DNA of 64,000 nucleotides from Candidatus Omnitrophota bacterium (GTDB lineage: Bacteria > Omnitrophota > Gorgyraeia > Duberdicusellales > 4484-171), in NCBI GenBank assembly GCA_037146775.1, contig JBAWWL010000007.1, positions 1,536 to 65,535 of the forward strand, read 5' to 3'. This document shows, in pieces, positions 20,980 to 29,621 of the stretch. Within the stretch, counting starts at the first letter, position 1. The number at the start of each line of letters is the position of its first letter. The position numbers and the translations under genes were made by a program. The notes beneath the pieces were generated by a model that saw nothing but the letters and a program-made list of their open reading frames with translations, did no database searches and had not been told where the DNA came from.

Positions 20980-21354
20980 ATGAACGTGATAACGATACAT
21001 AATATTCTCGGGTTTGTGGCTTGCTTGGCTATTCTTTTGCTTTGTGTTTATGTGTTTGTTATCTTTAGTTTTTGTAGGATCCGGTGGGCTATCTTTTTAT
21101 GGCGAAACAGGAAAAAAATGAAAAGTTTATGGGGTATAAATTTAAATTATTTTTTCTTGGGTAATATCAATATGGCCGATTGTAAAAAGTTTATTAAGCC
21201 TGAATATCCCGATTTTGTCGATACTTTTAATGCATATGCCGTACATATTAGGAAGAAACTCGACAAAAGCGATCTTATTGTAAGTATTGGGATTATTGTT
21301 GCGGTTATGGCTTTTGTCGGGTATAAACTGGCAAGCAATGGACATGGTGATTGA
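20980..21354 (+). CDS. Hypothetical membrane protein
   Basis: ORF with two hydrophobic helices. Confidence 0.3.
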   Translation: MNVITIHNILGFVACLAILLLCVYVFVIFSFCRIRWAIFLWRNRKKMKSLWGINLNYFFLGNINMADCKKFIKPEYPDFVDTFNAYAVHIRKKLDKSDLIVSIGIIVAVMAFVGYKLASNGHGD

Positions 21355-21362
21355 AGGTATAT

Positions 21363-22223
21363 ATGGTGATTGATCTTTTAAGATATGCGATAGTTGGCTT
21401 TCTGTGTTTTTTTAGTTGTACTCCTGCGTTTTGTGCTCAGCAATGGCAAGAATTGGGGAGCGATCATTTTTTTGTATATTTCACTCAAGATGAAAATTTC
21501 GCTAAAGAGGTTTCCGATAAAGCCGAGGAGTACTATATAAAAATCGCCACTGATTTAGGCTACCCTCGCTATTCGCAATTCTGGACTTGGGAGAATAGGG
21601 TAAAAATTTTTCTCTATCCTGACCGCGATGCTTATCTGAAAGGAACAAATCAGCCCAGTTGGTCGGGAGGAATGGCGGATTATACTGCGAAACGTATCGT
21701 GAGCTATGTTAACAGTGAGGGGTTTGTCTATAATATTCTTCCGCACGAAGTCGCACATCTTATTTTCAGAGATTTTGTGGGTTTTAAGGGTGAGGTGCCG
21801 CTTTGGCTGGATGAAGGCGTTGCTCAGTGGGCCGAGCCGCTTAAGAGAGAAAAGGTAAAGGTTGTCAGCAAGAAACTTTTGGATAAGGGGCTACTTTTTT
21901 CCGTCGCAGATATGATTAATCTAAATATCAGAGAAGTTAACGAAAACGACGTAGTGAAGATCAACTCGATACGTAACCAAGACGGCAACAGGACTTTATT
22001 GTCTTTAAGCGGTGGGGAAGTCGTAGGAACCTATTATGTGGAGGCGGTTTCTTTGGTGGACTTTTTGGTAGATTATGGCGGTGCCAGTGGTTTTACCGAA
22101 TTTTGTAGGCAGCTACGTAATGGTAAAAGCCTTCAAAACGCCCTGAAGTCAGCGTATTCTACGCGCATAGGCAGCATAGAGGATTTAGAAAATGCTTGGC
22201 TAGGCTATTTAAGGGCAGAGTAA
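21363..22223 (+). CDS. Secreted peptidase MA-like (HExxH...EG) domain protein
   Basis: Signal peptide. ILPHEVAHLIF...PLWLDEGVAQWAEP matches the HExxH plus downstream Glu layout of the MA-clan metallopeptidase-like domain. The listed TTG at 21351 is less likely than the ATG at 21363. Confidence 0.45.
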   Translation: MVIDLLRYAIVGFLCFFSCTPAFCAQQWQELGSDHFFVYFTQDENFAKEVSDKAEEYYIKIATDLGYPRYSQFWTWENRVKIFLYPDRDAYLKGTNQPSWSGGMADYTAKRIVSYVNSEGFVYNILPHEVAHLIFRDFVGFKGEVPLWLDEGVAQWAEPLKREKVKVVSKKLLDKGLLFSVADMINLNIREVNENDVVKINSIRNQDGNRTLLSLSGGEVVGTYYVEAVSLVDFLVDYGGASGFTEFCRQLRNGKSLQNALKSAYSTRIGSIEDLENAWLGYLRAE

Positions 22224-22546
22224 TTGTGCATGGAAAGAGTTTATTTTGGAAACCTCAATAGCCCATTATAAAAAACTTTATTAAAGGAGGCCTTTTAAGT
22301 AGAGAATCTTCCCCGGGAAGTCCACAAGAAATGCGTTTGAAAAGGCCTTGAAAAATGCTATAATAAACAGCTTTATCAGCGTTCATTGAGGTATAGTTTT
22401 CTGAACCGTCTCGCCATGGAGTGATCATTTCTTGATGAACATTGAAGAATTATCCTTGGAAAGCCTGTTCATCGAAGGCATCTCGGATGCATATCCTCGA
22501 TGCCAATGAAAAACAAGGAATAACCTTAAATAATTTCTTTTTCATT

Positions 22547-22640
22547 GGAGAGGTGGCCGAGTGGTTTAAGGCGGCGGTTTGCTAAACCGCTGTATGGTCG
22601 AAAGGCTGTACCTGGGGTTCAAATCCCCACCTCTCCGCCA
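22547..22640 (+). tRNA. tRNA-Ser (anticodon GCT), long variable arm, CCA encoded
   Basis: Acceptor GGAGAGG/CCTCTCC. Anticodon stem GCGGT/ACCGC with loop TTGCTAA. 21-nt variable arm. T-arm CTGGG-GTTCAAAT-CCCCA. Followed by a 13-bp hairpin at 22660-22695. Confidence 0.85.
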
Positions 22641-22876
22641 TAATTTCTGTAAAGCAAAAATTATGGCGAGACCTCGTCAAAAAATCCTGAAGGATTTCTT
22701 GACGGGTCCGTTCACGGAATCAAGTTTTAGTAAATTTTGAAGAGGCGGACTCTCCGCATTATTTTGAAAAGGAAAAATAGCGGGTCCACGATTACCCATT
22801 GTTTTAAAAGTTGGAATAAAAAATAATAAATTATAAATCATTAGACTCTAAACATTGAACCCCGAACACTAACAAT

Positions 22877-24565
22877 ATGGACTATAAAGCATTTGCCTTA
22901 AAATATCGGCCGCAGAACTTTGATGAAGTCGTAGGTCAGGAACAAACCGTCCTTTCTCTGCGCAACGCCATTATTAAAAAACATGTTCATCATGCTTACC
23001 TTTTTAGCGGTCCGCGCGGGACCGGAAAAACATCTTTGGCAAGAATTTTTGCGAAGTCGCTAAATTGTCAAAGTGCGAACGGCCCGGTTATTAAGCCTTG
23101 CGGCAAGTGCGTGAGTTGCGCGGAAATCATCAAAGGCACCTCACTCGATATTATTGAGATAGACGGCGCTTCCAATCGCCAGATTGACGATATCCGTTCA
23201 TTGCGTGAGAACGTAAAGCTTTCGCCGGCACACTCGCGTTATAAAATCTACATTATTGATGAAGTGCACATGCTTACGTCGGAAGCATTCAATGCGTTGC
23301 TTAAAACCCTTGAAGAGCCGCCACCGCACGTAAAATTTATTTTTGCCACTACTCATCCTCATAAAGTTTTACCTACGATTTTGTCGCGCTGCCAAAAGTT
23401 TCCATTTAGCCTGGTGCCGCTGGAAAAAATCGTTGATAAATTAAAGCGAATAGTTACATCCGAAGGCTTAAAAATTGAAGATAGTCTTCTCTATGCTATT
23501 GGTAGAGCCGCAGGCGGGAGTATTCGTGACGCGGAATCGTTATTAGACCAATTAGTACCGGTGTTGGCACAAAACGGCTCGATAGAAGAGGTATTTTCTT
23601 TTCTTGGTATTATCGACGAAGAAACGCTCAACAGGGCGTTGCAATATATTATAGAAAAAGACTTGGATTCTTCTTTAGCCTTTATAGATAAAATTGCCAA
23701 AGAAGGAAAAGATTTGGGGATATTTCTTAATGCTTTGATCGAATATGTCAGGAATCTTCTTCTCTCGCAGGTCAGCGCAAAAAGCTTTAAAGAACTTATT
23801 GATATATCGCCTCAGGCAAAAGATTTTATTTCTAAATATTCTTCCGGTATTTCTACGACAGAGGTATTACGGATCATTGATTCGCTTATTGAAGCTAAAG
23901 ATTTATCGCATAAACTTAATACCGTGAGAATTCCTCTAGAGCTTGCTTTGGTAAAGTGCTCTTATCATGAGGAGAATCAGAAAATCCTGCCGCAAAAGAA
24001 GGACGATCCGGCCGTTGATACAAAGCCTGCAGTAAGCGACGCCGTTGTCGCGGCTAAGATTGTCGAGGACGAATTTGATTTAGATGTCGAGCCGACAGAT
24101 ATACATAAGGACAAAATGCTCGATGGCGATATTGAGGAAGACCGGCCGGCCGGTGAAGATAACGTGCTCTTTGAGGAGCTGAAAAGCAAATGGCAGGGAA
24201 TAATTGTGCATATTCAGAAAATGAGAGCGGCGATAGCTTCGCATCTTTCCCTTGCCGAGCCCCTTTCTTCGTCGGGGGCGGTTGTGACAATAGGTTTTTC
24301 CCGTAAGGACTATTTTCATAAAGAGATTGTGGAAAGTGCAAAAAACGCAAAGTTTATTGAGGGCGTAATTTCTAATATATTGGGCAAGTCTGTTGGCGTA
24401 AAATTTACTCTTTCTGACAGCGTGAAGCCTTCGGCGCAGCATAGAGTACGAGATGAAGAGGCGGCTAATGAAGAAATTGCTTCGCAGGCAGACGAAGGCG
24501 GTAATGAATTTATGAATGAATTATTGGATACATTTAAGGGGCAATTACATACGGAAAGCGAATAG
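22877..24565 (+). CDS. dnaX: DNA polymerase III subunit gamma/tau
   Basis: N-terminus MDYKAFALKYRPQNFDEVVGQE. Walker A GPRGTGKTS. DEVHML, SRC motif (LSRCQKF). Zn module CGKCVSC. Confidence 0.9.
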   Translation: MDYKAFALKYRPQNFDEVVGQEQTVLSLRNAIIKKHVHHAYLFSGPRGTGKTSLARIFAKSLNCQSANGPVIKPCGKCVSCAEIIKGTSLDIIEIDGASNRQIDDIRSLRENVKLSPAHSRYKIYIIDEVHMLTSEAFNALLKTLEEPPPHVKFIFATTHPHKVLPTILSRCQKFPFSLVPLEKIVDKLKRIVTSEGLKIEDSLLYAIGRAAGGSIRDAESLLDQLVPVLAQNGSIEEVFSFLGIIDEETLNRALQYIIEKDLDSSLAFIDKIAKEGKDLGIFLNALIEYVRNLLLSQVSAKSFKELIDISPQAKDFISKYSSGISTTEVLRIIDSLIEAKDLSHKLNTVRIPLELALVKCSYHEENQKILPQKKDDPAVDTKPAVSDAVVAAKIVEDEFDLDVEPTDIHKDKMLDGDIEEDRPAGEDNVLFEELKSKWQGIIVHIQKMRAAIASHLSLAEPLSSSGAVVTIGFSRKDYFHKEIVESAKNAKFIEGVISNILGKSVGVKFTLSDSVKPSAQHRVRDEEAANEEIASQADEGGNEFMNELLDTFKGQLHTESE

Positions 24566-24624
24566 AGGCAATTAACGAATTAAAACATTAACGGATTAAC
24601 TAATTTTTGCACAGGATAACAGAT

Positions 24625-25227
24625 ATGGGAAGTTTTCCTAAAATTTTTAACGATTTAGTCCACAGCTTGGCGCATTTCCCCGGAATAGGTAAGCGTAGTG
24701 CCGAGCGTATTGCGTATTATTTATTGAAGTTGTCGCCTGAGCAGGCTAGCGATCTGGCACAAAAAATAGAGAATATTCATCGCTATATCAAGCCGTGCAA
24801 ACTTTGCAATAATTTTTCTACAGAAGAAATATGCTCTATTTGTGCTGATTACAAAAGGGAAAAAGACATTATTTGTATTGTAGAAGAGCCGAAAGATATT
24901 TTAGCCATAGAAAAGACTGCCCACTATAATGGTCTTTATTATTGTTTGCTGGGGGCGCTTTCTCCCTTGGAGGGCGTGGAGGGCGAGGATTTAAATATAC
25001 GGAAGCTAACCCAGCGCGTTGAGCGTGGCGAAATCAGCGAAGTTATTATTTCTACCGATCCGGATAACGATGGCGAATTGACCGCTCAGTTCTTAATCCA
25101 GCAACTTTCCCCTTATAAAGCGAAAATCTATCGTCTTGCGATTGGTATACCTTTGGGCACGCAAATTGAATATATTGATTCTGCGACGCTGGGCAAAGCG
25201 CTGCTGGATAAGAAACCGGTTGTTTAG
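24625..25227 (+). CDS. recR: Recombination protein RecR
   Basis: HhH LAHFPGIGKRSAERIAYYLL. C4 zinc finger CKLCNNFSTEEICSICAD. Toprim region. The ATG at 24625 fits RecR length better than 24607. Confidence 0.85.
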   Translation: MGSFPKIFNDLVHSLAHFPGIGKRSAERIAYYLLKLSPEQASDLAQKIENIHRYIKPCKLCNNFSTEEICSICADYKREKDIICIVEEPKDILAIEKTAHYNGLYYCLLGALSPLEGVEGEDLNIRKLTQRVERGEISEVIISTDPDNDGELTAQFLIQQLSPYKAKIYRLAIGIPLGTQIEYIDSATLGKALLDKKPVV

Positions 25228-25265
25228 GTTTAATTAGTAGTATAAGATATTATAGTGAGGGTGTT

Positions 25266-25637
25266 ATGGGAAAGAGAAAAATATTAATTATTGACGATGA
25301 TCCTGATTTATCAAAGCTTCTGGCCATGCTTTTGAGGGCGAATGGTTATGGGGTGTGCAATGCGCTTGATGGTCATAATGGGTTTGTGCTTGCAGAACGA
25401 GAGAAGCCTGATCTCATCCTTCTTGATATAAAAATGCCCGGTAAAGGAGGATTATCAGCCTACAAAGATATCCGAAATTCTGCTGCGACAGCTACCATCC
25501 CTATTATTTTGATGTCGGGTTTATCCAGGGATACCGTTGAAACAGTCGCGAAGGAAATCGCAGCGAACGGTTTTGTGCATAAGCCTTGCGACTCATCAGA
25601 ATTGCTTACTAAGATAAAAGAGGTCTTGAAAGATTAA
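25266..25637 (+). CDS. Single-domain response regulator (CheY-like receiver)
   Basis: ILIIDDDPD...LILLDIKMPGKGG...KP receiver signature (DD, phospho-acceptor D, conserved K). Confidence 0.75.
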   Translation: MGKRKILIIDDDPDLSKLLAMLLRANGYGVCNALDGHNGFVLAEREKPDLILLDIKMPGKGGLSAYKDIRNSAATATIPIILMSGLSRDTVETVAKEIAANGFVHKPCDSSELLTKIKEVLKD

Positions 25638-25998
25638 TTTTGCTGGCACATTTGATTACTGTTGTTGACGCTGTGAGATAATTAAGTTATAATTGGAAAA
25701 TATTTTTTTGATAATTCGGTTTTTCTTACTTCAATATAGCTAAAAACACGCATGTTGGTGGGTAACTTTTATTAGCCAGTGTCTATAATGACGTGTTATA
25801 GATTTTTGTTATTGTTCATATCATATTTAATCTTTAATTTTTGATCTTTGATATTTGATTTTTAGTTCCCCGGTAGCTTCCGCCTCTCTGCCTTCGGCAG
25901 AGGGCGAGACCTCGCCACACGAAGGCGTGGCGGGCAATTGGTTTCTAGGTACAACCTTTGTTTAGATAGAAACCATTAGATGTTCTTTTAAAATTTAT

Positions 25999-26295
25999 TC
26001 CCCGGTAGCTCAATTGGTAGAGCGGCTGGCTGTGCGAAGAAGTGCAGCTTTCCCGAGAAATCGGGATTGAAAAAGCGGGCTAATTCAGGGAACCCCTATT
26101 CCATGTAAATGGAAGGGCAATCCTGAGCTAAGTGGCTAGAGCGAAAGCTTTAGCCTAAATGTGCAGAGACTATATACCCGCTGCCTAACCCCGTATCGTA
26201 TACGGGTATGGTGATGAGATAGTCCAGGCCTTAAAGTAATTTAAGGGATACCTGTAACCAGTAGGTCGTAGGTTCGAGCCCTACCCGGGGAGCCA
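25999..26295 (+). tRNA. tRNA (read as Asn, anticodon GTT) split by a 221-nt group I intron; exons 25999-26033 and 26255-26295
   Basis: Exon 1 TCCCCGG-TA-GCTC-AATTGGTA-GAGC-G-GCTGG-CTGT. Exon 2 TAA-CCAGT-AGGTC-GTAGG-TTCGAGC-CCTAC-CCGGGGA-G-CCA. Spliced length 76 nt with a 7-nt loop CTGTTAA. Confidence 0.7.
26034..26254 (+). ncRNA. Group I self-splicing intron in the tRNA anticodon loop
   Basis: 5' exon ends in U and pairs with an internal guide GCAGC (26044-26048), giving a U-G wobble at the splice site. The intron ends in G. R-like element GTGCAGAGACTATA (26161-26174) and S-like element ATGAGATAGTCC (26214-26226) match the group I consensus R/S sequences. Confidence 0.65.
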
Positions 26296-27894
26296 TATTG
26301 ACGTCTGACAGCGGATTGCTCCGTCAGACGCCGCAGTATCAAATAGCCCTATTTGGGGATACTTCCCGAATAGGGCTATTTTTATGCCCTCGGGGCCCAA
26401 GACGGCCTTTTTGAGGAGGAGCTTGAAGATCTCTTTCTTCTGGTAGGGATGCAGGGTGTCGAAAAGGCTGTTAAACTTGTCCACAGCCATCATCACGTCC
26501 TCTTTGCGGATCGCTTCACGCTGTATATCGTTTATCTGCGCGTCGAGTTCCACCATCCCGGCCTCAGTGTCTTTTCTTTCCTTGGCCAATTCATCGAGTT
26601 TTTCACGCAGGAATATGCTGTTGTCGGTTGTAGCAAGGGTTGTCCACTTGATCATGATGCCGTCAGCTTGCATTTTTATGTCTTCGAGCTTTCGCTTGAG
26701 CGCGTCACGTTGCGCGTTAAGCTGTGGCAGTTCTTTTTGAAGCTCAGCGTTTGCATCGCGCACCATTGTTTCAATAACGTCCTCTTGGGTTACGAGTCCT
26801 TTTATGTGGTCAATTACCACGCCTTCAATTTCATCGGCTGACATTTTGAATCTGCATGCTTTGCAGTGATAGTAAAAATATTTATTCCCTTTGTGGCCGG
26901 TTCCGCAGGTTCCTTCCATAGGCTTTCCGCAGTTTTCGCATAAGAGCAATCCGCTATTCAAAATATAAACATGTTTTATTGGCGCAGTCTCATTGTGTTT
27001 TGTCGCGGTGTTTTTGGCTAAAAGATTTTGAGTTTTGTAAAAAGTTTCTTCATCGATAATCGGTTCCCATACGGCAGGAACGGTGCGGTATCTGTTGTTT
27101 TCTGGAAGCTTGTCCTGATCCTGCGTTTTCCACTTTTTATTGATTTCCTTTTTACCGATATAAGCGAGATTCACAAGCATCTGTTTCATTGATGACCGGC
27201 CGAATGTTTGCGGTGATCGTGTTTTGTTGCGCCGGGATGTATATCCTTTGGTTCTGTAGCCGTTGGTATTTAACGCCCTGCCGGTTTCAATAAGCGATCC
27301 GCATTCCAGATATTTCCTGAAGGCGAACTGGATCGCGGCTTTTTCCTGTTCGCTTACTTCGAGGTAGCCTTTTTTGTTTGAATTCAAGTTATAGCCTAGT
27401 AAATGCCCGCCATTCCAGAGTCCGCGCTCTGCCCGAGCGATGGTAGCGTCTTTATTGCGCTCGGAGGTTTGCGTCCGTTCAAATTCTGCGAGCGCCATCA
27501 TGATCGTAATGAAAAGCTTGCCTTGCGAGGACGTGGTGTCGTAGTTTTGCTTTAAGCAGACGAACTCGACGTTGTATTTTGTGAGTATCTCGAAGAAGTT
27601 GAGAAAGTCTTTAACGGATCGGCTTATGCGGTCGAGGGCGGTGCAAATAACCGTGTCAACTTTACCGGATTCCATATCGGCAAAAAGTTGTGCGAATTCC
27701 GAGCTTCGAAATGAATCTTTACCCGATACGCCTTTAAGAATATACCGGCCGGTTTCAAGCCAGCTTTCACCGCAGGCTGTGTTCTTATATTCGATGTGGG
27801 CCTGTAACCGCTGGAGCTGGTTTGTGAGTGATCCTTCCGGGTTTCGGGCTTGTTTGTCGGTGCTGACTCTTATAACGAATCCACATTTTTTCAT
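26281..27894 (-). CDS. Large serine recombinase (island 1 integrase)
   Basis: N-terminal resolvase domain with catalytic Ser in CGFVIRVSTDKQ. Recombinase domain, zinc ribbon (CENCGKPMEGTCGTGHKGNKYFYYHCKAC) and coiled coil. The last 5 codons overlap the tRNA 3' end. Confidence 0.85.
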   Translation of the reverse strand: MKKCGFVIRVSTDKQARNPEGSLTNQLQRLQAHIEYKNTACGESWLETGRYILKGVSGKDSFRSSEFAQLFADMESGKVDTVICTALDRISRSVKDFLNFFEILTKYNVEFVCLKQNYDTTSSQGKLFITIMMALAEFERTQTSERNKDATIARAERGLWNGGHLLGYNLNSNKKGYLEVSEQEKAAIQFAFRKYLECGSLIETGRALNTNGYRTKGYTSRRNKTRSPQTFGRSSMKQMLVNLAYIGKKEINKKWKTQDQDKLPENNRYRTVPAVWEPIIDEETFYKTQNLLAKNTATKHNETAPIKHVYILNSGLLLCENCGKPMEGTCGTGHKGNKYFYYHCKACRFKMSADEIEGVVIDHIKGLVTQEDVIETMVRDANAELQKELPQLNAQRDALKRKLEDIKMQADGIMIKWTTLATTDNSIFLREKLDELAKERKDTEAGMVELDAQINDIQREAIRKEDVMMAVDKFNSLFDTLHPYQKKEIFKLLLKKAVLGPEGIKIALFGKYPQIGLFDTAASDGAIRCQTSIWLPG

Positions 27895-27949
27895 TCTTTC
27901 CTCCGTGTTATAGGTACAACAACACCCCTATAACAACAAGCGGTTCCAG

Positions 27950-28171
27950 TCAAGCTGAATCAATGCCTTGTGACGGCATATCGCGGTTTGCGATTTCGCG
28001 GGCATTGTCTATGGCTTGGCGGACTTTTTCATGTCGTTTAGGATCAACCCGCAATAATCCTTCTTTTTTAAGATAGGCGTATACGCCTTCCGCGAGGATC
28101 TTGGCGACCTTCCTTATCCGTTCGGCTTCGTCCGGGCTCTCAACGTATTCAACTTCAACTTTTAACGCCAT
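27950..28171 (-). CDS. Hypothetical small protein
   Basis: ORF only, adjacent to the recombinase. Confidence 0.3.
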   Translation of the reverse strand: MALKVEVEYVESPDEAERIRKVAKILAEGVYAYLKKEGLLRVDPKRHEKVRQAIDNAREIANRDMPSQGIDSA

Positions 28172-28264
28172 GCCTTAAGCCTCCTTAAGGCATATATACG
28201 GATTTTGATTACAGAATGTCGGAGGCGGTCATCACTGATACGTCAGTTATAGATTGGTAGTAAG

Positions 28265-28760
28265 TTTCGGCGTATTCTGATTTTGGGCTTGCAAGACACA
28301 CGCAAAACAAAGCGAAGGTGTCTCGCAGGCCCTCATCTTTTACGGCTTAGAACCTAAGTTAGCCCTATGTCGTAGCGCCGATGTCGGTTCGGGGATATTC
28401 TGATTCTGGGCTCGATTGAGACACCTGAAAAAAACGGCAAGGTGTCTTGATTGGGCCTTTTTATACCCCGCCGGTACATCCGTAATTATGGAGCTACTGG
28501 TTTCGGCGTATCCTGAATTTGAGCTCGTTTTCAAGACACCTGCAAAAAAACGCGGTGTCTTAAGGCGAGCTTTCTAATCACGGAGCCCTCCGTGATTTCC
28601 TAAGCCCTCAAACTGGCCTATTCTTTAGTTGGGCTTGCTTCAAGACACCGCAAAAAAAACAGCGCGGTGTCTTAGGCGGGCCCTAATTCATTTATACGGC
28701 AAAAGCCGTAGAAGTGTCGGCCTCAAAGGCACCTCGCACAACAGGAGGTGTCTTATGGGG
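28265..28760 (+). repeat. Array of 4-5 direct repeats (period about 90-125 bp), each with a hairpin AAGACACC-N10-14-GGTGTCTT
   Basis: Units begin near 28265, 28385, 28501, 28625 and 28715. The conserved 5' part is TTCGGCGTATYCTGAWTYTGGGCT. The last hairpin overlaps the RBS and start of the 28755 gene. Confidence 0.6.
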
Positions 28761-29327
28761 CTTACGTATGGGTGTGTATTTGAAGGTTGGGAGATCGCGG
28801 TTGCCAAGAAGCTGGTGGATCAGTTCAAGCGCAAGTGGAAGTGTTTTTCCAAGGATGATTTCGATGATCTTTTACAGGAATGTCTGAGCCATTGGTATTT
28901 CGTGAGGAAGAAATACGAAGTATCAAAAGGCGCGTCAAAATCAACGTATATGTCGAACGTCATTAAAAATAAGTTGATGGACATGGTCGAGGAGCGCATG
29001 GCGGAGAAGCGCAAGACTGATCAGATGAGTGTTTCGCTGTATGAGCCTATCAGCGAAGACGACGAAACCGCCATCATCGACAAAATCGCGGACAAATTGA
29101 CAGAGGATTTGACGGAAGTCTTTCGAGTAATCGGCTTAAAGCATGACCTTGCCAGTGCTTTGGAAAAACTTACGCCTCAGCAAAAAGAGCTTTGCCGTTT
29201 GCTTGAGGAAGGCGTGAGTATTAAGGAGGCCGGACAGAAGCTCAATATTCACCGAAGCACTGTTTATGAAGAAATAAAGCGTATCGCAGAGGCGTTCGAA
29301 GGAAACGGCTTAAAAAATTATCTATAA
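28755..29327 (+). CDS. Sigma-70-family-like / HTH transcription regulator (region 4-type HTH at C-terminus)
   Basis: C-terminal ELCRLLEEGVSIKEAGQKLNIHRSTVYEEIKRI helix-turn-helix. AGGAGG RBS before the ATG at 28755; the listed upstream extension to 28629 runs through the repeat array and is unlikely. Confidence 0.5.
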   Translation: MGLTYGCVFEGWEIAVAKKLVDQFKRKWKCFSKDDFDDLLQECLSHWYFVRKKYEVSKGASKSTYMSNVIKNKLMDMVEERMAEKRKTDQMSVSLYEPISEDDETAIIDKIADKLTEDLTEVFRVIGLKHDLASALEKLTPQQKELCRLLEEGVSIKEAGQKLNIHRSTVYEEIKRIAEAFEGNGLKNYL

Positions 29328-29382
29328 ATCACCCGACACTTTGGCGTGGGAGTCCGTATATATGCCTTAGGAGGAAAGAAAA

Positions 29383-29619
29383 GTGCAGGACACAGGTGAA
29401 ATATTTGAAGCAGGCAATATCTACTTAGCGGCCTATCTCGTTTACCGTGGATTTTCTATTCGCGGGCTTACCGGTTACGGCAGACAGAAACGCCTCCAGT
29501 TTGATAACTCCCCGGAAATTCAAAAGACCAGCAAAGAATTCTTCGAGAATTCCGATGCATCGCGTCTTTTCGATTGTTACCGCAAAACCAAAGACTATTT
29601 ATTTCAAAACGGAGTGTGA
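29383..29619 (+). CDS. Small hypothetical protein (possibly DUF5659-like, mobile-element associated)
   Basis: IFEAGNIYLAAYLVYRGFSI resembles small proteins seen next to phage or plasmid primases. Low-certainty recollection. Confidence 0.3.
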   Translation: MQDTGEIFEAGNIYLAAYLVYRGFSIRGLTGYGRQKRLQFDNSPEIQKTSKEFFENSDASRLFDCYRKTKDYLFQNGV

Positions 29620-29621
29620 TC

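Noticed and set aside
22240-22546. Possible small RNA (ffs/tmRNA) between the 22223 stop and tRNA-Ser
   Set aside because: No SRP-RNA or tmRNA signature motifs recognised. The region more likely holds only the tRNA promoter.
22877-24565. Programmed -1 frameshift site in dnaX (gamma/tau)
   Set aside because: I looked for an A AAA AAG-type slippery heptamer with a downstream hairpin and could not identify one with confidence, so not reported.
28629-28754. Listed 5' extension of the sigma-like ORF (start 28629)
   Set aside because: The extension runs through the hairpin-repeat array. A canonical AGGAGG RBS precedes the internal ATG at 28755.
28265-28760. Possible CRISPR array suggested by regularly spaced repeats
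   Set aside because: Period is irregular (90-125 bp). Repeat units are long composite boxes with internal hairpins, not short repeats separated by unique spacers. No cas genes nearby.
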